This document shows, piece after piece, positions 31,162-40,133 of a stretch of 64,000 nt of DNA (position 1 is the first letter of the stretch; each line of letters begins with the position of its first letter). The stretch spans positions 11,356-75,355 of the forward strand of contig DWXY01000023.1 in assembly GCA_019118935.1 (NCBI GenBank), in the 5' to 3' direction. Under the pieces are notes generated by a model. That model ran no database searches and had not been told where the DNA came from. It was given only the letters and a program-made list of their open reading frames with translations. This DNA is from Candidatus Oscillibacter pullicola. GTDB taxonomy: Bacteria; Bacillota; Clostridia; Oscillospirales; Oscillospiraceae. A program made the position numbers and the translations under genes.

Positions 31162-31944
31162 TCATGGCTCTGTCAAAATCTCCCCCCGGGAGAACAGGGC
31201 CGCGTATCCGGCCAGCCGGACGCGGTCACCCATTCGGCGGCAGTACAGGGTGCCGCCCCGGGGCGAGGCCTGACAGGCCGTCAGCTGGTCCTTTCTCAGC
31301 CGCTCTGCCCAGTAGGGCACGATGTGGCAGTGGCCGGAGCCGCAGACCGGGTCCTCGTCCACCCGGAGCTTGGGGGCGAAGGAGCGGGACACGCAGTCAA
31401 ATTCCCCCTCCCCCGGCGCCGTTACATGGAGCAGCAGGCCCGGCAGATCCAGCGCTTTTCCCAGGTCCGGCCGCAGGGCGGTAACATCCTCTGCCCGGTC
31501 CAGGATGCACAGCAGATCCCGGCCCAGCCAGGCCTCCCGGGGGCGTCGGCCCAGGACGGCGGCCATGTCCTCTGTCACCTCCGTAGGTGCCAGCGCATAA
31601 GCTGGGAAGTCCATGGCCAGGAGACTTCCCTCCCGGGTGACGGTGAGGGGCCCGCTGAGACTCTGGAACGTCACCTGCTCCGCCGCCGGGTCCACAAACT
31701 GGAAGTACACATAGGCGGAGGCCAGAGTGGCGTGACCGCACAGGTCGATCTCCCCGCCGGGGGTGAACCAGCGGATGTGGAGGCCGTCCGCCTCCTGCAC
31801 CACAAAGGCCGTCTCGGAGAGGTTGTTCTCCATGGCGATCCGGCGCATCAGGGCGTCCTCCGGCCAGCGGTCCGGAAAGCACACCGCCGCCGGATTTCCG
31901 GCAAAGACCTCCTCTGTGAAGGCATCCACGATATACTGTCTCAT
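31162..31944 (-). CDS. PhzF family isomerase/epimerase
   Basis: VDAFTEEVFAGNPAAV, ENNLSETAF, LCGHATLA, EDPVCGSGHC. Confidence 0.93.
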   Translation of the reverse strand: MRQYIVDAFTEEVFAGNPAAVCFPDRWPEDALMRRIAMENNLSETAFVVQEADGLHIRWFTPGGEIDLCGHATLASAYVYFQFVDPAAEQVTFQSLSGPLTVTREGSLLAMDFPAYALAPTEVTEDMAAVLGRRPREAWLGRDLLCILDRAEDVTALRPDLGKALDLPGLLLHVTAPGEGEFDCVSRSFAPKLRVDEDPVCGSGHCHIVPYWAERLRKDQLTACQASPRGGTLYCRRMGDRVRLAGYAALFSRGEILTEP

Positions 31945-31969
31945 GTGAGCTCCTCCTGTCTGGTCAAAG

Positions 31970-32190
31970 AAAAACCGCCCCTGACGCACGTCAGGGGCGG
32001 AAGGACTTCCACGGTACCACCCTGATCTGTCCCATGGGGACATCTCATGTCATCCGCTAACGGGGATGGGCCGTCCCGCTCACCGCGGGCCGCTCCAAAG
32101 TGGCTGCTCCGCGGCGTGGGCAAGGGGCTCGCACCGTCTCCCCTCTCGCTTGGCCGGTCTCGCGAAGCTGGCTTTGTCATAGCTTTTCGC
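31970..32190 (-). ncRNA. T-box riboswitch, Ala (GCC specifier)
   Basis: T-box AGGGTGGTACCGTGG (32009-32023); terminator stem 31975-32000 + T-run; stem I CAAAG/CTTTG closing a GAGCA-GCC-A specifier loop (GCC at 32102-32104). Confidence 0.88.
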
Positions 32191-32207
32191 TGTTTTCAGA
32201 CACAATT

Positions 32208-32235
32208 ATTATAAACGTTTCTGCCCGGTTGTCAA
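32208..32235 (-). promoter_or_regulatory. sigma-A promoter of the Ala T-box operon
   Basis: TTGACA-N16-TATAAT. Confidence 0.85.
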
Positions 32236-32243
32236 CGGGGAAA

Positions 32244-32435
32244 TCACAGGTTTTTTCCCTTGTCTCCGGAAATCCCCGGAACCTGCTTCCCTGTCAGAAT
32301 GCACACGCCGTCCGCCACACACTTGCCGCATCCGATGCAGCTGGTAGGTCCGCTCTTCCGGCCATACGCTGCCCAGCAGTAAAAGCCCGTGCCCGCCAGG
32401 ATGATCCCTGCCGCCAGAATCTCGTGCCACGCCAT
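32244..32435 (-). CDS. Small membrane protein with a Cys-rich tail (FeoB-associated-like)
   Basis: One TM then CIGCGKC...C; AAGGGGG RBS. Confidence 0.5.
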   Translation of the reverse strand: MAWHEILAAGIILAGTGFYCWAAYGRKSGPTSCIGCGKCVADGVCILTGKQVPGISGDKGKNL

Positions 32436-32462
32436 GTTGCAGTCCCCCTTTTTGTTTTTAGC

Positions 32463-32909
32463 CTACCACACAAAGGGGGTACTTGTCTGTGGCAGCTGCA
32501 ACAGCCGCAGGCCCAGCAGCGGCAGCAGCTCCGCCGCAGGAGCCGGAAGTTCCGGCAGGGGAAATTCCTGGGGTTCCACCACGCCGCCGCCCGGCCGGGG
32601 CAGCTGCCGCTGGACGCACAGGACCGGCTCCGCCAGGCTGGACAGGGTGAGACTGTCCCTGGGGGACAGGCCGTAGGTGACCACCGTCTCCGCCGTGATG
32701 CGCTCCAGCGGCACCGTGCAGTCCCCCGGCACCAGCAGCACCCGGCACAGGGCCGCCGTATCCCCCAGCTCCCCGCACCCCCGGCGGGTCAGGACCAGCA
32801 GGGGCCAATACTGTTCCGCCAGCGCCTCTGCCCGCTCCGCCCCCAGGACGCCGGGCGGCAGCAGCTTTCTCCACACCGGGGGACAGTGGAAGATAACTCC
32901 CTCCATCAA
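32463..32909 (-). CDS. Conserved hypothetical protein
   Basis: GGAGGTG RBS; VVTYGLSPRDSLTLSS...LCVQR...VEPQEF segment resembles clostridial Mur-ligase-like fragments. Confidence 0.6.
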   Translation of the reverse strand: MMEGVIFHCPPVWRKLLPPGVLGAERAEALAEQYWPLLVLTRRGCGELGDTAALCRVLLVPGDCTVPLERITAETVVTYGLSPRDSLTLSSLAEPVLCVQRQLPRPGGGVVEPQEFPLPELPAPAAELLPLLGLRLLQLPQTSTPFVW

Positions 32910-33025
32910 AACACCTCCCGGCTAGTGTCTGCGGGAGGTGGGATTCCATGCAAAAAAATTTGCTCGTCATTTTGCCCCTGCCGTGCTATACTGGAACGTG
33001 AGATTTTGGAAACGGGGTGATCTCC

Positions 33026-33559
33026 TTGCATTTCTGGGCCCATCTGCGGACCGTGAACCGCCACCGGGCACTGGTGCGGAAGTACTGCTTCCGCCTGGGG
33101 CTGTACTGGCAGGGCCTGACCCATGACCTGTCCAAATACGCCCCGGTGGAGTTCTTCGCGGGGGTGAAATATTTCCAGGGGGATCACAGCCCAAACGACG
33201 CCCAGCGGAAGGCCCACGGGTACAGCGCCTCCTGGCTCCACCACAAGGGCCGCAACCGCCACCACTTTGAGTACTGGACGGATTACAGCCCCACCGGCGA
33301 GGGGATCGTGGGGGTGGAGATGCCGAAAAAATACGTGGCGGAGATGTTCTGCGACCGGCTGGCCGCCAGCAAGGTCTACCGCGGGAAGGACTTCGATCCC
33401 GGTGACCCTTACAAGTTCTATCTCCGGGGCAAGGACCGGCGGCTGCTGATCCACCCGGCCACCGCCGCCCTCCTGGAGACCATGCTTTTAAAGCTGCGGG
33501 ATGAGGGCGAGGACGCGGTATTTGATTACATCCGGCGGGAGATCCTGGGAAACCCCTAG
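33026..33559 (+). CDS. DUF5662 family (HD-like) protein
   Basis: HDLSKY, WLHHKGRNRHHFEYW, EMFCDRLAASK. Confidence 0.8.
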   Translation: MHFWAHLRTVNRHRALVRKYCFRLGLYWQGLTHDLSKYAPVEFFAGVKYFQGDHSPNDAQRKAHGYSASWLHHKGRNRHHFEYWTDYSPTGEGIVGVEMPKKYVAEMFCDRLAASKVYRGKDFDPGDPYKFYLRGKDRRLLIHPATAALLETMLLKLRDEGEDAVFDYIRREILGNP

Positions 33560-34743
33560 GGTCTCCCGCTGTTTTTCCGGTCCAGCACCCGCTCCAGGAA
33601 GTCCGCCGCGGCTCCGGCGCCGCCGGCGGCCCGGAAGCTCTCCGCCACCCGGGCGGCGTTTTCCCGGAACCGGGGCTCCCCCAGAACGGTCTCCAACGCC
33701 CGCCGGATGGCGGTCGGCGTCTCCCGGCGCAAGCGCACCCCTAGGCCCAGCGATTCCATCCGGTCCGCCACAGCGGCCTCCTCCCCCTGCTGGGGAAAGA
33801 GGATGGCCGGCACCTGGCAGAAGACGGCCTCGTTGGCGCTGTTCATGCCGCAGTGGGTGAGAAAGGCGTCCGCCTCCGCCAACACCGCCAACTGGTCCAC
33901 CCGGCGCTCCACCCGGAAGTTGCCGGGGGCTGGCCCCAGGGCCGCCGGATCCGTGGCCTCCCCCACAGAGAGGACCACATCCAACGCCTGCCCTCCCAGA
34001 GCCTGGAAGCAGTCCCGGTAAAAGCCGGGCCGCCGGTGCATCACTGTGCCCAGGGAGATGTAGACCAGCGGGCAGTCCCGCCTTCGATTCCGGGGCGGCA
34101 GCTGCGGCAGCGAGGGCCCCACAAAGGCGAACCGGTCTCCAAAGGTCTCCGCCATGGGCTGGAACAGCCGGGAGGTGTAGACGATGGTATCGGTGTCCGC
34201 CCGGTTCTCCAGCAGCTGCCGCAGGTCCTCCGCCGGATAGCCCCGCTGCCGCAGGCGGGCCATGTCCCGCCGGATGCGGCCCAGGCCCAGGGCCATCCGG
34301 GCGGTCTCCGCCAGCCCCGGCCGCATCAGGGCGGCGGTCTGATTGTTGAAAGCAAAGGTAGTGGTGGAGCAGACCCAGGGCAGCTTCAGCTTCCAGGCGA
34401 AGAGCTTGCCCCACAGGCAGACGGAGTCCACTGCAAGAAGGTCCGGCCGCCATGCCTCCAGCTCCCGGCACACCGGCGTCTCCATAGCCAGGGCAGTGTC
34501 CGTCAGCATGCCCACCATGGAGGCGAAGTCCCGGCCCACCCGCCGGTCCAGATCCGGCGGCGGAGGTGGCATGAACTCGTCGCACAGGCGAACCTCCGCC
34601 CCCGCCGCCTCCAGTTTTTCCCGGAAGGGGGCGAAGGTGTAGTAGCGTACCTGATGACCCCGGGCCGTCAGGGCCCGCACCACCTCCACCGTTGGATTGG
34701 TGTGGCCCCAGGCGGGGATGCAGAACCAGACGATCCGGCTCAC
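33556..34743 (-). CDS. MGT-family (macrolide/xenobiotic) glycosyltransferase
   Basis: IPAWGHTNPT, VYISLGT, VDQLAVLAEADAFLTHCGMNSANEAV (UDPGT signature). Confidence 0.9.
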   Translation of the reverse strand: MSRIVWFCIPAWGHTNPTVEVVRALTARGHQVRYYTFAPFREKLEAAGAEVRLCDEFMPPPPPDLDRRVGRDFASMVGMLTDTALAMETPVCRELEAWRPDLLAVDSVCLWGKLFAWKLKLPWVCSTTTFAFNNQTAALMRPGLAETARMALGLGRIRRDMARLRQRGYPAEDLRQLLENRADTDTIVYTSRLFQPMAETFGDRFAFVGPSLPQLPPRNRRRDCPLVYISLGTVMHRRPGFYRDCFQALGGQALDVVLSVGEATDPAALGPAPGNFRVERRVDQLAVLAEADAFLTHCGMNSANEAVFCQVPAILFPQQGEEAAVADRMESLGLGVRLRRETPTAIRRALETVLGEPRFRENAARVAESFRAAGGAGAAADFLERVLDRKNSGRP

Positions 34744-34952
34744 GGCTCCTCCTCCCAATTCAAAAAGCCCTCCAGCTGCTGGAACAGTACCTCGTCCTTG
34801 GTGAGGGCTATGCCCCGCTGTTCGTCCGCCAGCACCAGCAGGGTGTCCCCCGGCCGGATGTTCAGAAGGTCCCGGGCTCCCTTCGGAATGACGATCTGGC
34901 CCTTCTCCCCCACCCGGGCGGTGGCGGCGAATTTTCCCTTCGGCGGCTTCAT
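34740..34952 (-). CDS. AbrB/MazE/SpoVT family DNA-binding protein
   Basis: ARVGEKGQIVIPKGARDLLNIRPGDTLLV; AAGGAGG RBS; stop overlaps the next start (GTGA). Confidence 0.88.
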   Translation of the reverse strand: MKPPKGKFAATARVGEKGQIVIPKGARDLLNIRPGDTLLVLADEQRGIALTKDEVLFQQLEGFLNWEEEP

Positions 34953-34981
34953 GGCAAGCGCCTCCTTCTGTTTTCTTTAAG

Positions 34982-35038
34982 AGTATGAAAAGTTATATTT
35001 TTCATACTTTGTATACCATGCGGCGCGGCGTCTGTCAA
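34982..35038 (-). promoter_or_regulatory. sigma-A promoter plus 10-bp inverted-repeat operator
   Basis: TTGACA-N17-TATACA (35038-35010); AGTATGAAAA-N7-TTTTCATACT (34982-35008) at the transcription start. Confidence 0.7.
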
Positions 35039-35069
35039 GGAGAACCTTTCCTGCGTTGGTGTACCTCTC

Positions 35070-35420
35070 TCATCCGTCCTGCTCCTGACGCTCCGCGCCT
35101 TCGGCGGCCAGCAGGACCGCGGCGGCCGGGGCGGCGGCGGTCTCCGGCACTCCCAGCGTTTCCAGCTGCCGGCGGGCCTGACAGAGCCGCAGGGCCCATT
35201 CCAGCCCCTCCGGCGTCAGCGCCAGATCCCGCCGGTCCCGCTCCAGCCACCCCCGCTGCCGCAGCAGCGCCGCGGCCCGGGACACGCTGGGCTTGGAGCA
35301 GCTCAGCCACCGGACCACGTCCCTCTGGAACACCATCCGCTGTCCGCCCCGGGAGAGGCGGCAGATGGCCTGGAGGTACTTCCCCTGGGAGGCGGTGGGC
35401 GCCCCCTTCTCCGGCCTCAC
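35070..35420 (-). CDS. DtxR/MntR-like winged-HTH protein (N-terminal domain only)
   Basis: KYLQAICRL...DVVRWLSCSKPSVSRAAALL...LTPEG; lacks a full metal-binding domain. Confidence 0.6.
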   Translation of the reverse strand: MRPEKGAPTASQGKYLQAICRLSRGGQRMVFQRDVVRWLSCSKPSVSRAAALLRQRGWLERDRRDLALTPEGLEWALRLCQARRQLETLGVPETAAAPAAAVLLAAEGAERQEQDG

Positions 35421-36028
35421 CGGACGCCCCAGGCCACAAAGGCCCGGCCTCCCGCCTGCCGCCAGGTGATCTGATGAAAGGCCTGCCCCAGCAGGTCCGT
35501 GATCTCCCGGCGGGAGTAAATTTTGACGTCCCCTTCCCGGCTCCAGCGGAGGAAGGGGTTCATCACCAGCCGCCCCGGCAGGGGCAGCCAGATGTCCCCC
35601 AGCAGAAAGACCCCGCCGAACTCCAGCACCCGGCTCACCTCCGCGATCACCGCCGCCGGGTTTGGGTAGTGGTGGAAGGAGTCACAGCAGTAGACCACGT
35701 CAAAACTGCGGTCCGGAAAGGGCAGATGCTCACTGTCCCCCTGGACCAGGTTTGCCCGGTCCCCCAGGCGGGCCCTGGCCTGGGCCAGCATCCCCTCCGA
35801 CAGGTCCAGCCCCGTCACCCGGCGGTGCGCATCCTCGGAAAGTACCTGCGCCATCAGCGCCCCGGTGCCGCAGCCAAGATCCAGTACCCGGTCTCCCCAG
35901 GCATGGATGATCTCCTGGAGCAGATAGGGGTACAGCGCCCGGGCATGGCTGCCCTGGATGGCAGTGTCATAGGTGGCGGCCTGCTGGTCAAAGGCTGCGC
36001 GGGACTGTTGCTTCTTATCTGGTTCCAT
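35417..36028 (-). CDS. Class I SAM-dependent methyltransferase
   Basis: VLDLGCGTG, GLDLSEGML, GDSEHLPFPDRSFD, FHHYPNP. Confidence 0.9.
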   Translation of the reverse strand: MEPDKKQQSRAAFDQQAATYDTAIQGSHARALYPYLLQEIIHAWGDRVLDLGCGTGALMAQVLSEDAHRRVTGLDLSEGMLAQARARLGDRANLVQGDSEHLPFPDRSFDVVYCCDSFHHYPNPAAVIAEVSRVLEFGGVFLLGDIWLPLPGRLVMNPFLRWSREGDVKIYSRREITDLLGQAFHQITWRQAGGRAFVAWGVR

Positions 36029-36097
36029 TGTCGTTCCTCCTTTATTGAACTTTGTTCATTCGTATGGTGAAAGCTGCGCCCGGCGCGGGCCGGGCGG

Positions 36098-36673
36098 CTA
36101 TCTCTGCTGTTCCGCCTCCAGCAGCAGGTCGATGTAGTGGCGGACGCGGTCCAGCGTCTCCTGCCGGGGCGTCTCACTGGCGCTGAGCAGGGGGATCTGG
36201 CCGTAGGTGACAAAGGCGATCAGCGTCTCCGGGTCCCGGAAGCGGCGGCCGGAGCGGCGTTCCTCCTGGTCCAGCGCCTCCCGCAGCAAGGGCGCCATCC
36301 GCTGGCAGAGCCGCAGGGACAGCTGCTGGTGGAAGTCCTCGTTCCCCGCCCGGTGGAAGAAGCCGTGGTAGCGGAAGGCATCCTCCCCCCGCATGGTCTG
36401 GTACAGCCGGTCCAGCTTTTGGGACAGGGGCAGCGTCTCCTCCTGCAAGGTGCGGCGGATCAAGCCGCAGCACTCCTCCACATAGGCTTCCATGGCCTCC
36501 TGAAACAGCTTCTGCTTGGAGTCGAAGTACCGGTAGCACAGACCGGCCACCACGCCGCAGGCCTGGGCGATGTCCCGCATGGAGGTCTCCTCGTACCCCT
36601 TCTCCGTGAACAGCCGCATGGCCGTCTCCAGAATCTCCTGCCGCCGGACCTCCGGGGCTTTCGATATGCGCAT
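36098..36673 (-). CDS. TetR/AcrR family regulator
   Basis: RRQEILETAMRLFTEKGYEETSMRDIAQACGVVAGLCYRYFDSK. Confidence 0.92.
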   Translation of the reverse strand: MRISKAPEVRRQEILETAMRLFTEKGYEETSMRDIAQACGVVAGLCYRYFDSKQKLFQEAMEAYVEECCGLIRRTLQEETLPLSQKLDRLYQTMRGEDAFRYHGFFHRAGNEDFHQQLSLRLCQRMAPLLREALDQEERRSGRRFRDPETLIAFVTYGQIPLLSASETPRQETLDRVRHYIDLLLEAEQQR

Positions 36674-36698
36674 GGACCTCTCCCCCTCTCTGGCAGAG

Positions 36699-36748
36699 AG
36701 CATAGCACACCGGTGAACAAAAGTCAATGATTTTTGTTCACCGGTGTG
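36699..36748 (-). promoter_or_regulatory. TetR promoter and 17-bp perfect inverted-repeat operator
   Basis: TTGACT-N17-TATGCT; CACACCGGTGAACAAAA-N9-TTTTGTTCACCGGTGTG straddling the -35. Confidence 0.8.
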
Positions 36749-36763
36749 TGGATCAGCAGATGT

Positions 36764-37576
36764 TCACTTGATATGGGCGCCGAGGCTGGCAAACAGGTCC
36801 AGCAGGGGCTCCCACAGGTCCGGGTGGTGCTCCAGCAGGAAGGATCGGACCTCCGGGGCCGACAGGCCGTCCCCCCACAGCAGCACGTGGCTGCCGGAGG
36901 CGAACTCTCCCACGGCAGTGGGCGCCACGGCGGAGACCGCCACGGCGATTTTCGCAGCGATGGCCGCCACGCCGCCGGTGTAGACCCCCACGGCGCTGAC
37001 GCCCAGGGCCAGATACCCCAGGGCCGCCACGCCGAAGGCCCCCAGTCCGGCGGCCACGATACCCAGGGACAGCAGGCCCATGCCCACCACGCCGAAGGTG
37101 AACAGGCCCACTCCCACAATACCGATGGCCACTACGCCCACGGCGGCGTTGCCGATGGCGATGATGCCCCTGGCAACATTGTCTTTGGAGAAGGTCGCGT
37201 TCCGGACGAAGCCGAACCGGATAGACACCAGGGGCAGGCCGAAGATCCGGGTCTTGCTGTCATAGCGGTAGACTTTGCCCTTCACGTAGCGGGTCAGCTC
37301 GTCCACCTTTTTCTCCAGCCGGTCCGCCTGCCGGGCGGACAGATCGTCTCCCCCACGCTCCGCTTCCTCCGGCGAATCCAGCCGGTCCTTTACCAGATAG
37401 TCCACCGACACATCAAACAATTCTGACAAGGAGATCAGCTTCACAAGCTCTGGCATGGCTGTTCCGGACTCCCATTTACTGACGGACTGGCGGGTGACCC
37501 CCAGCCGGTCCGCCAGCTGCTCCTGGCTCATGCCGGACTTGCGGCGGAGGTCCGTCAGCTTCTCGGAAAATGTCAT
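36764..37576 (-). CDS. XRE-family HTH regulator with a Gly-rich membrane domain
   Basis: FSEKLTDLRRKSGMSQEQLA...TRQSVSKWESG; RIFGLPLVSI...ARGIIAIG Gly/Ala-rich TM repeats. Confidence 0.85.
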   Translation of the reverse strand: MTFSEKLTDLRRKSGMSQEQLADRLGVTRQSVSKWESGTAMPELVKLISLSELFDVSVDYLVKDRLDSPEEAERGGDDLSARQADRLEKKVDELTRYVKGKVYRYDSKTRIFGLPLVSIRFGFVRNATFSKDNVARGIIAIGNAAVGVVAIGIVGVGLFTFGVVGMGLLSLGIVAAGLGAFGVAALGYLALGVSAVGVYTGGVAAIAAKIAVAVSAVAPTAVGEFASGSHVLLWGDGLSAPEVRSFLLEHHPDLWEPLLDLFASLGAHIK

Positions 37577-37657
37577 CTGCAAAACACTCGCTTTCTCGTT
37601 TGGATGGCCCCATGATAAGCCACCCACCGCGCACCTGACAAGAACGCGGTGGGTGGA

Positions 37658-37709
37658 ACTTTGTCAACCGGAGGTTGCACCCATTGAGGCGCAATGGATT
37701 GACGGTTTT
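37658..37709 (+). repeat. Direct repeat A (pairs with 37866-37917)
   Basis: ACTTTGYCAACCGGAGGTTGCACCCATTGAGGCGCAATGGAT core 41/42 identical, 48/52 when extended. Confidence 0.9.
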
Positions 37710-37865
37710 GGAAGCCCTTCCCCGGCGGGCCAGCGGTCCGCCCGCCGCTTTTGCGGCGTACAAGTGTTTTGCCGCTGGCGGCGAAACCTTGAGGAGGCCG
37801 GGCTTTGCCTGGCCGACTAAAATCAAATCCGGGGTCCCCGCCGCGCCATCTTGGCGCGGCGGGGC
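37710..37865 (+). mobile_element. Short multi-hairpin non-coding element E2 (same family as E1)
   Basis: Shares GG(G/A)AGCC, GT(G/A)CAAG(C/T)GTTTTGC, AAACCTTG, CGGGCT(A/T)TGCCTG and ATCCGGGGTCCCCGCCG...GGGG with E1; flanked by direct repeats; mobility is inferred. Confidence 0.65.
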
Positions 37866-37922
37866 ACTTTGCCAACCGGAGGTTGCACCCATTGAGGCGC
37901 AATGGATCGGCAGTTTTAGCCT

Positions 37923-38933
37923 TTACCAGATCCCCAGCAGGTGCTGGACTCCCAGGCTGACCAGGGCGATGGCCACCCAGCAGCAGAAGCCCATAAAGAT
38001 GGGCTTGGCACCGCTTTTTACCAGCTTCACGATGTCGGTGTTCAGGCCGATGGCCGCCATGGCCATGACGATGAAGAACTTGCTGGCGTTTTTCAAGAAG
38101 CCCGTGACCGCTCCGGGAATAGGCAGCACCGTGGTGATGATGGAGGCAATCAAAAACAGCAGCACGAACCAGGGGAAGATCTTCTTGATGTCCACCTGTG
38201 CGCCGCCCTGCTTCCCCTCCCGGCGGGTCCGCAGCAGGGCCAGCACCAGGGTGATGGGGATGATGGCCAGGGTCCGGGTCATCTTCACGATGGCGGCAGT
38301 GTCCAGGGTGTTGGCGCCGGGGTGCATCCCGTCCCAGGCGGCAGCCGCCGCGGTGACGGAGGAGGTGTCGTTCACCGCGGTGCCGGCAAAGAGGCCGAAG
38401 CCCTCGTTGGAGAGGCCCAGCACACCTCCCAGGGTGGGGAAGATCAGCGCCGCGATGACGTTGAACAGGAAGATCACAGAGATGGCCTGGGCGATCTCCT
38501 CGTCATCCGCGCCGATCACCGGGGCGGTAGCGGCGATGGCGCTGCCGCCGCAGATAGAGGAGCCCACGCCGATGAGGGTGGAGATGTTGGCGTCCATGCG
38601 CAGGGCCTTGTAGAGCACAAAGGCCACGATCAGGCTGGTGGCGATGGTGGAGACGATGATGGGCAGGGACTGCCCGCCCACCTGGAGGACGCTGCCCAAG
38701 TTCATGCCGAAGCCCAGCAGCACCACCGCCAGCTGCAAAATCTTCTTGGAGGTGTAGGTGATGCCGGACTTGGCTGCCTTCTGGTCTTTCCAGAACAGGG
38801 CGATCACCATGCCGATCAGGATGGCGAACACCGGGCCGCCCACCACCTCGAACCGCTGCCCCAGCAGCCAGGCGGGCACGGCGATCACCAGACAGATCAG
38901 GATGCCCAGGGCGTTTTTTCTGACAAATTCCAT
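37923..38933 (-). CDS. YeiH family putative sulfate exporter membrane protein
   Basis: [33 protein letters not shown]. Confidence 0.9.
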   Translation of the reverse strand: MEFVRKNALGILICLVIAVPAWLLGQRFEVVGGPVFAILIGMVIALFWKDQKAAKSGITYTSKKILQLAVVLLGFGMNLGSVLQVGGQSLPIIVSTIATSLIVAFVLYKALRMDANISTLIGVGSSICGGSAIAATAPVIGADDEEIAQAISVIFLFNVIAALIFPTLGGVLGLSNEGFGLFAGTAVNDTSSVTAAAAAWDGMHPGANTLDTAAIVKMTRTLAIIPITLVLALLRTRREGKQGGAQVDIKKIFPWFVLLFLIASIITTVLPIPGAVTGFLKNASKFFIVMAMAAIGLNTDIVKLVKSGAKPIFMGFCCWVAIALVSLGVQHLLGIW

Positions 38934-39041
38934 GATACGATTCCTTTCTCTCTTAACAGTCGGTGTTGTATCATATCATGCCGTTCAGCATTTGTCAAAA
39001 AAATCCGGGGCGGCATTTGCCGCCCCGGACATTCCAGATTT

Positions 39042-40133
39042 TTAGAAAAGGGGAATCTCTGTGCCTCCCCACAGCAGGTACGACACCTGGGCCAGGTCCA
39101 GCGGTATCCAAAAGGTGCCGGAGCAGACCTGGAGTCCATCTTCCTCCCCGGAGAAACTGTCGTTGACTGACACCTCTGTGCCGTCCCGCAGCACCGCTGA
39201 CAGCGGTGCGCCTGGAGTGATCGTCACCTCCATAGCGGTGGTATCTCCATCCTCGTCCACGCCTACAACGGCAGGCGGCTCCTCCCAGGCCGCCTGCTCC
39301 TCCTCACGGGCGGCCTGGGCGGTATCAGGGGGAATCCGGTAGCTCCACCGAGCCCCCAGTGGGGACAGTTCCAGAGTTTCCAGGACGACAGAGCCCCAGG
39401 GAGTCTCCGTGGTGACGCCCGCAACATCCAGGGTCATCACGCTCTCCTCCCCCATGCCCTCCGAGATCGGGAAGGTAAACTCTCCGGTAAAGAGCGGCGT
39501 GTAGGTACCATCCGTTGCCCACATCCAGAGGCCCGGAATGTGAACCGTCAGACCGGTCAGATCTCCGTCAGCCAATACCTCCACCACTACGGTGATTTTG
39601 TTGTCTGTGGGATCACTGTCCTCCAGGCAGGTCAAATCTAGGGAGTAGGTTAAATTCTCCACACGCCGCCCCTCCGCTGTTTCCAGGCACGCCCAATTTT
39701 TCGGATCGTCAAAACTGGATAAACTGTACAGCCAGTCCTCTCCCTGGGTTGGCAGGACGGTCCCCTCCGGGGCCTCCACCTCCAGCATCAGGTAGAACAC
39801 GCCATCTGTGCCGAAGGCGGCCTGGGGCGTCATCACAGCGCCATTGGAGGAGACCGCCCCCGGCAGATCGCCGCTGAGGGTGTCCACCACCGCCTGCTCC
39901 GCCGGGTCCAGCCCGCCGAAGTAGCGGTCCCACAGAGAGGCTGTGACAGCCGCCGCCGTGCCCACCAGCAGCACTGCCGCCAGCACCGCTGCCGTCCCCC
40001 GTTTCATCCAGAAGCTCCGGCGCCGGACCGCCGGTCCGGCCTGCTCCGCCATCAGGGCGTCCGTCAGGGCGGACTTCCCCGCTTCCGTGAACTGTACCCG
40101 GTCCAACTCACTCTGATAAGCATTCCTGTCCAT
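39042..40133 (-). CDS. Anti-sigma factor, DUF4179-like
   Basis: Short cytoplasmic N-terminus, single TM (AAVLAAVLLVGTAAAV), acidic extracellular domain; overlaps the ECF sigma stop. Confidence 0.75.
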   Translation of the reverse strand: MDRNAYQSELDRVQFTEAGKSALTDALMAEQAGPAVRRRSFWMKRGTAAVLAAVLLVGTAAAVTASLWDRYFGGLDPAEQAVVDTLSGDLPGAVSSNGAVMTPQAAFGTDGVFYLMLEVEAPEGTVLPTQGEDWLYSLSSFDDPKNWACLETAEGRRVENLTYSLDLTCLEDSDPTDNKITVVVEVLADGDLTGLTVHIPGLWMWATDGTYTPLFTGEFTFPISEGMGEESVMTLDVAGVTTETPWGSVVLETLELSPLGARWSYRIPPDTAQAAREEEQAAWEEPPAVVGVDEDGDTTAMEVTITPGAPLSAVLRDGTEVSVNDSFSGEEDGLQVCSGTFWIPLDLAQVSYLLWGGTEIPLF

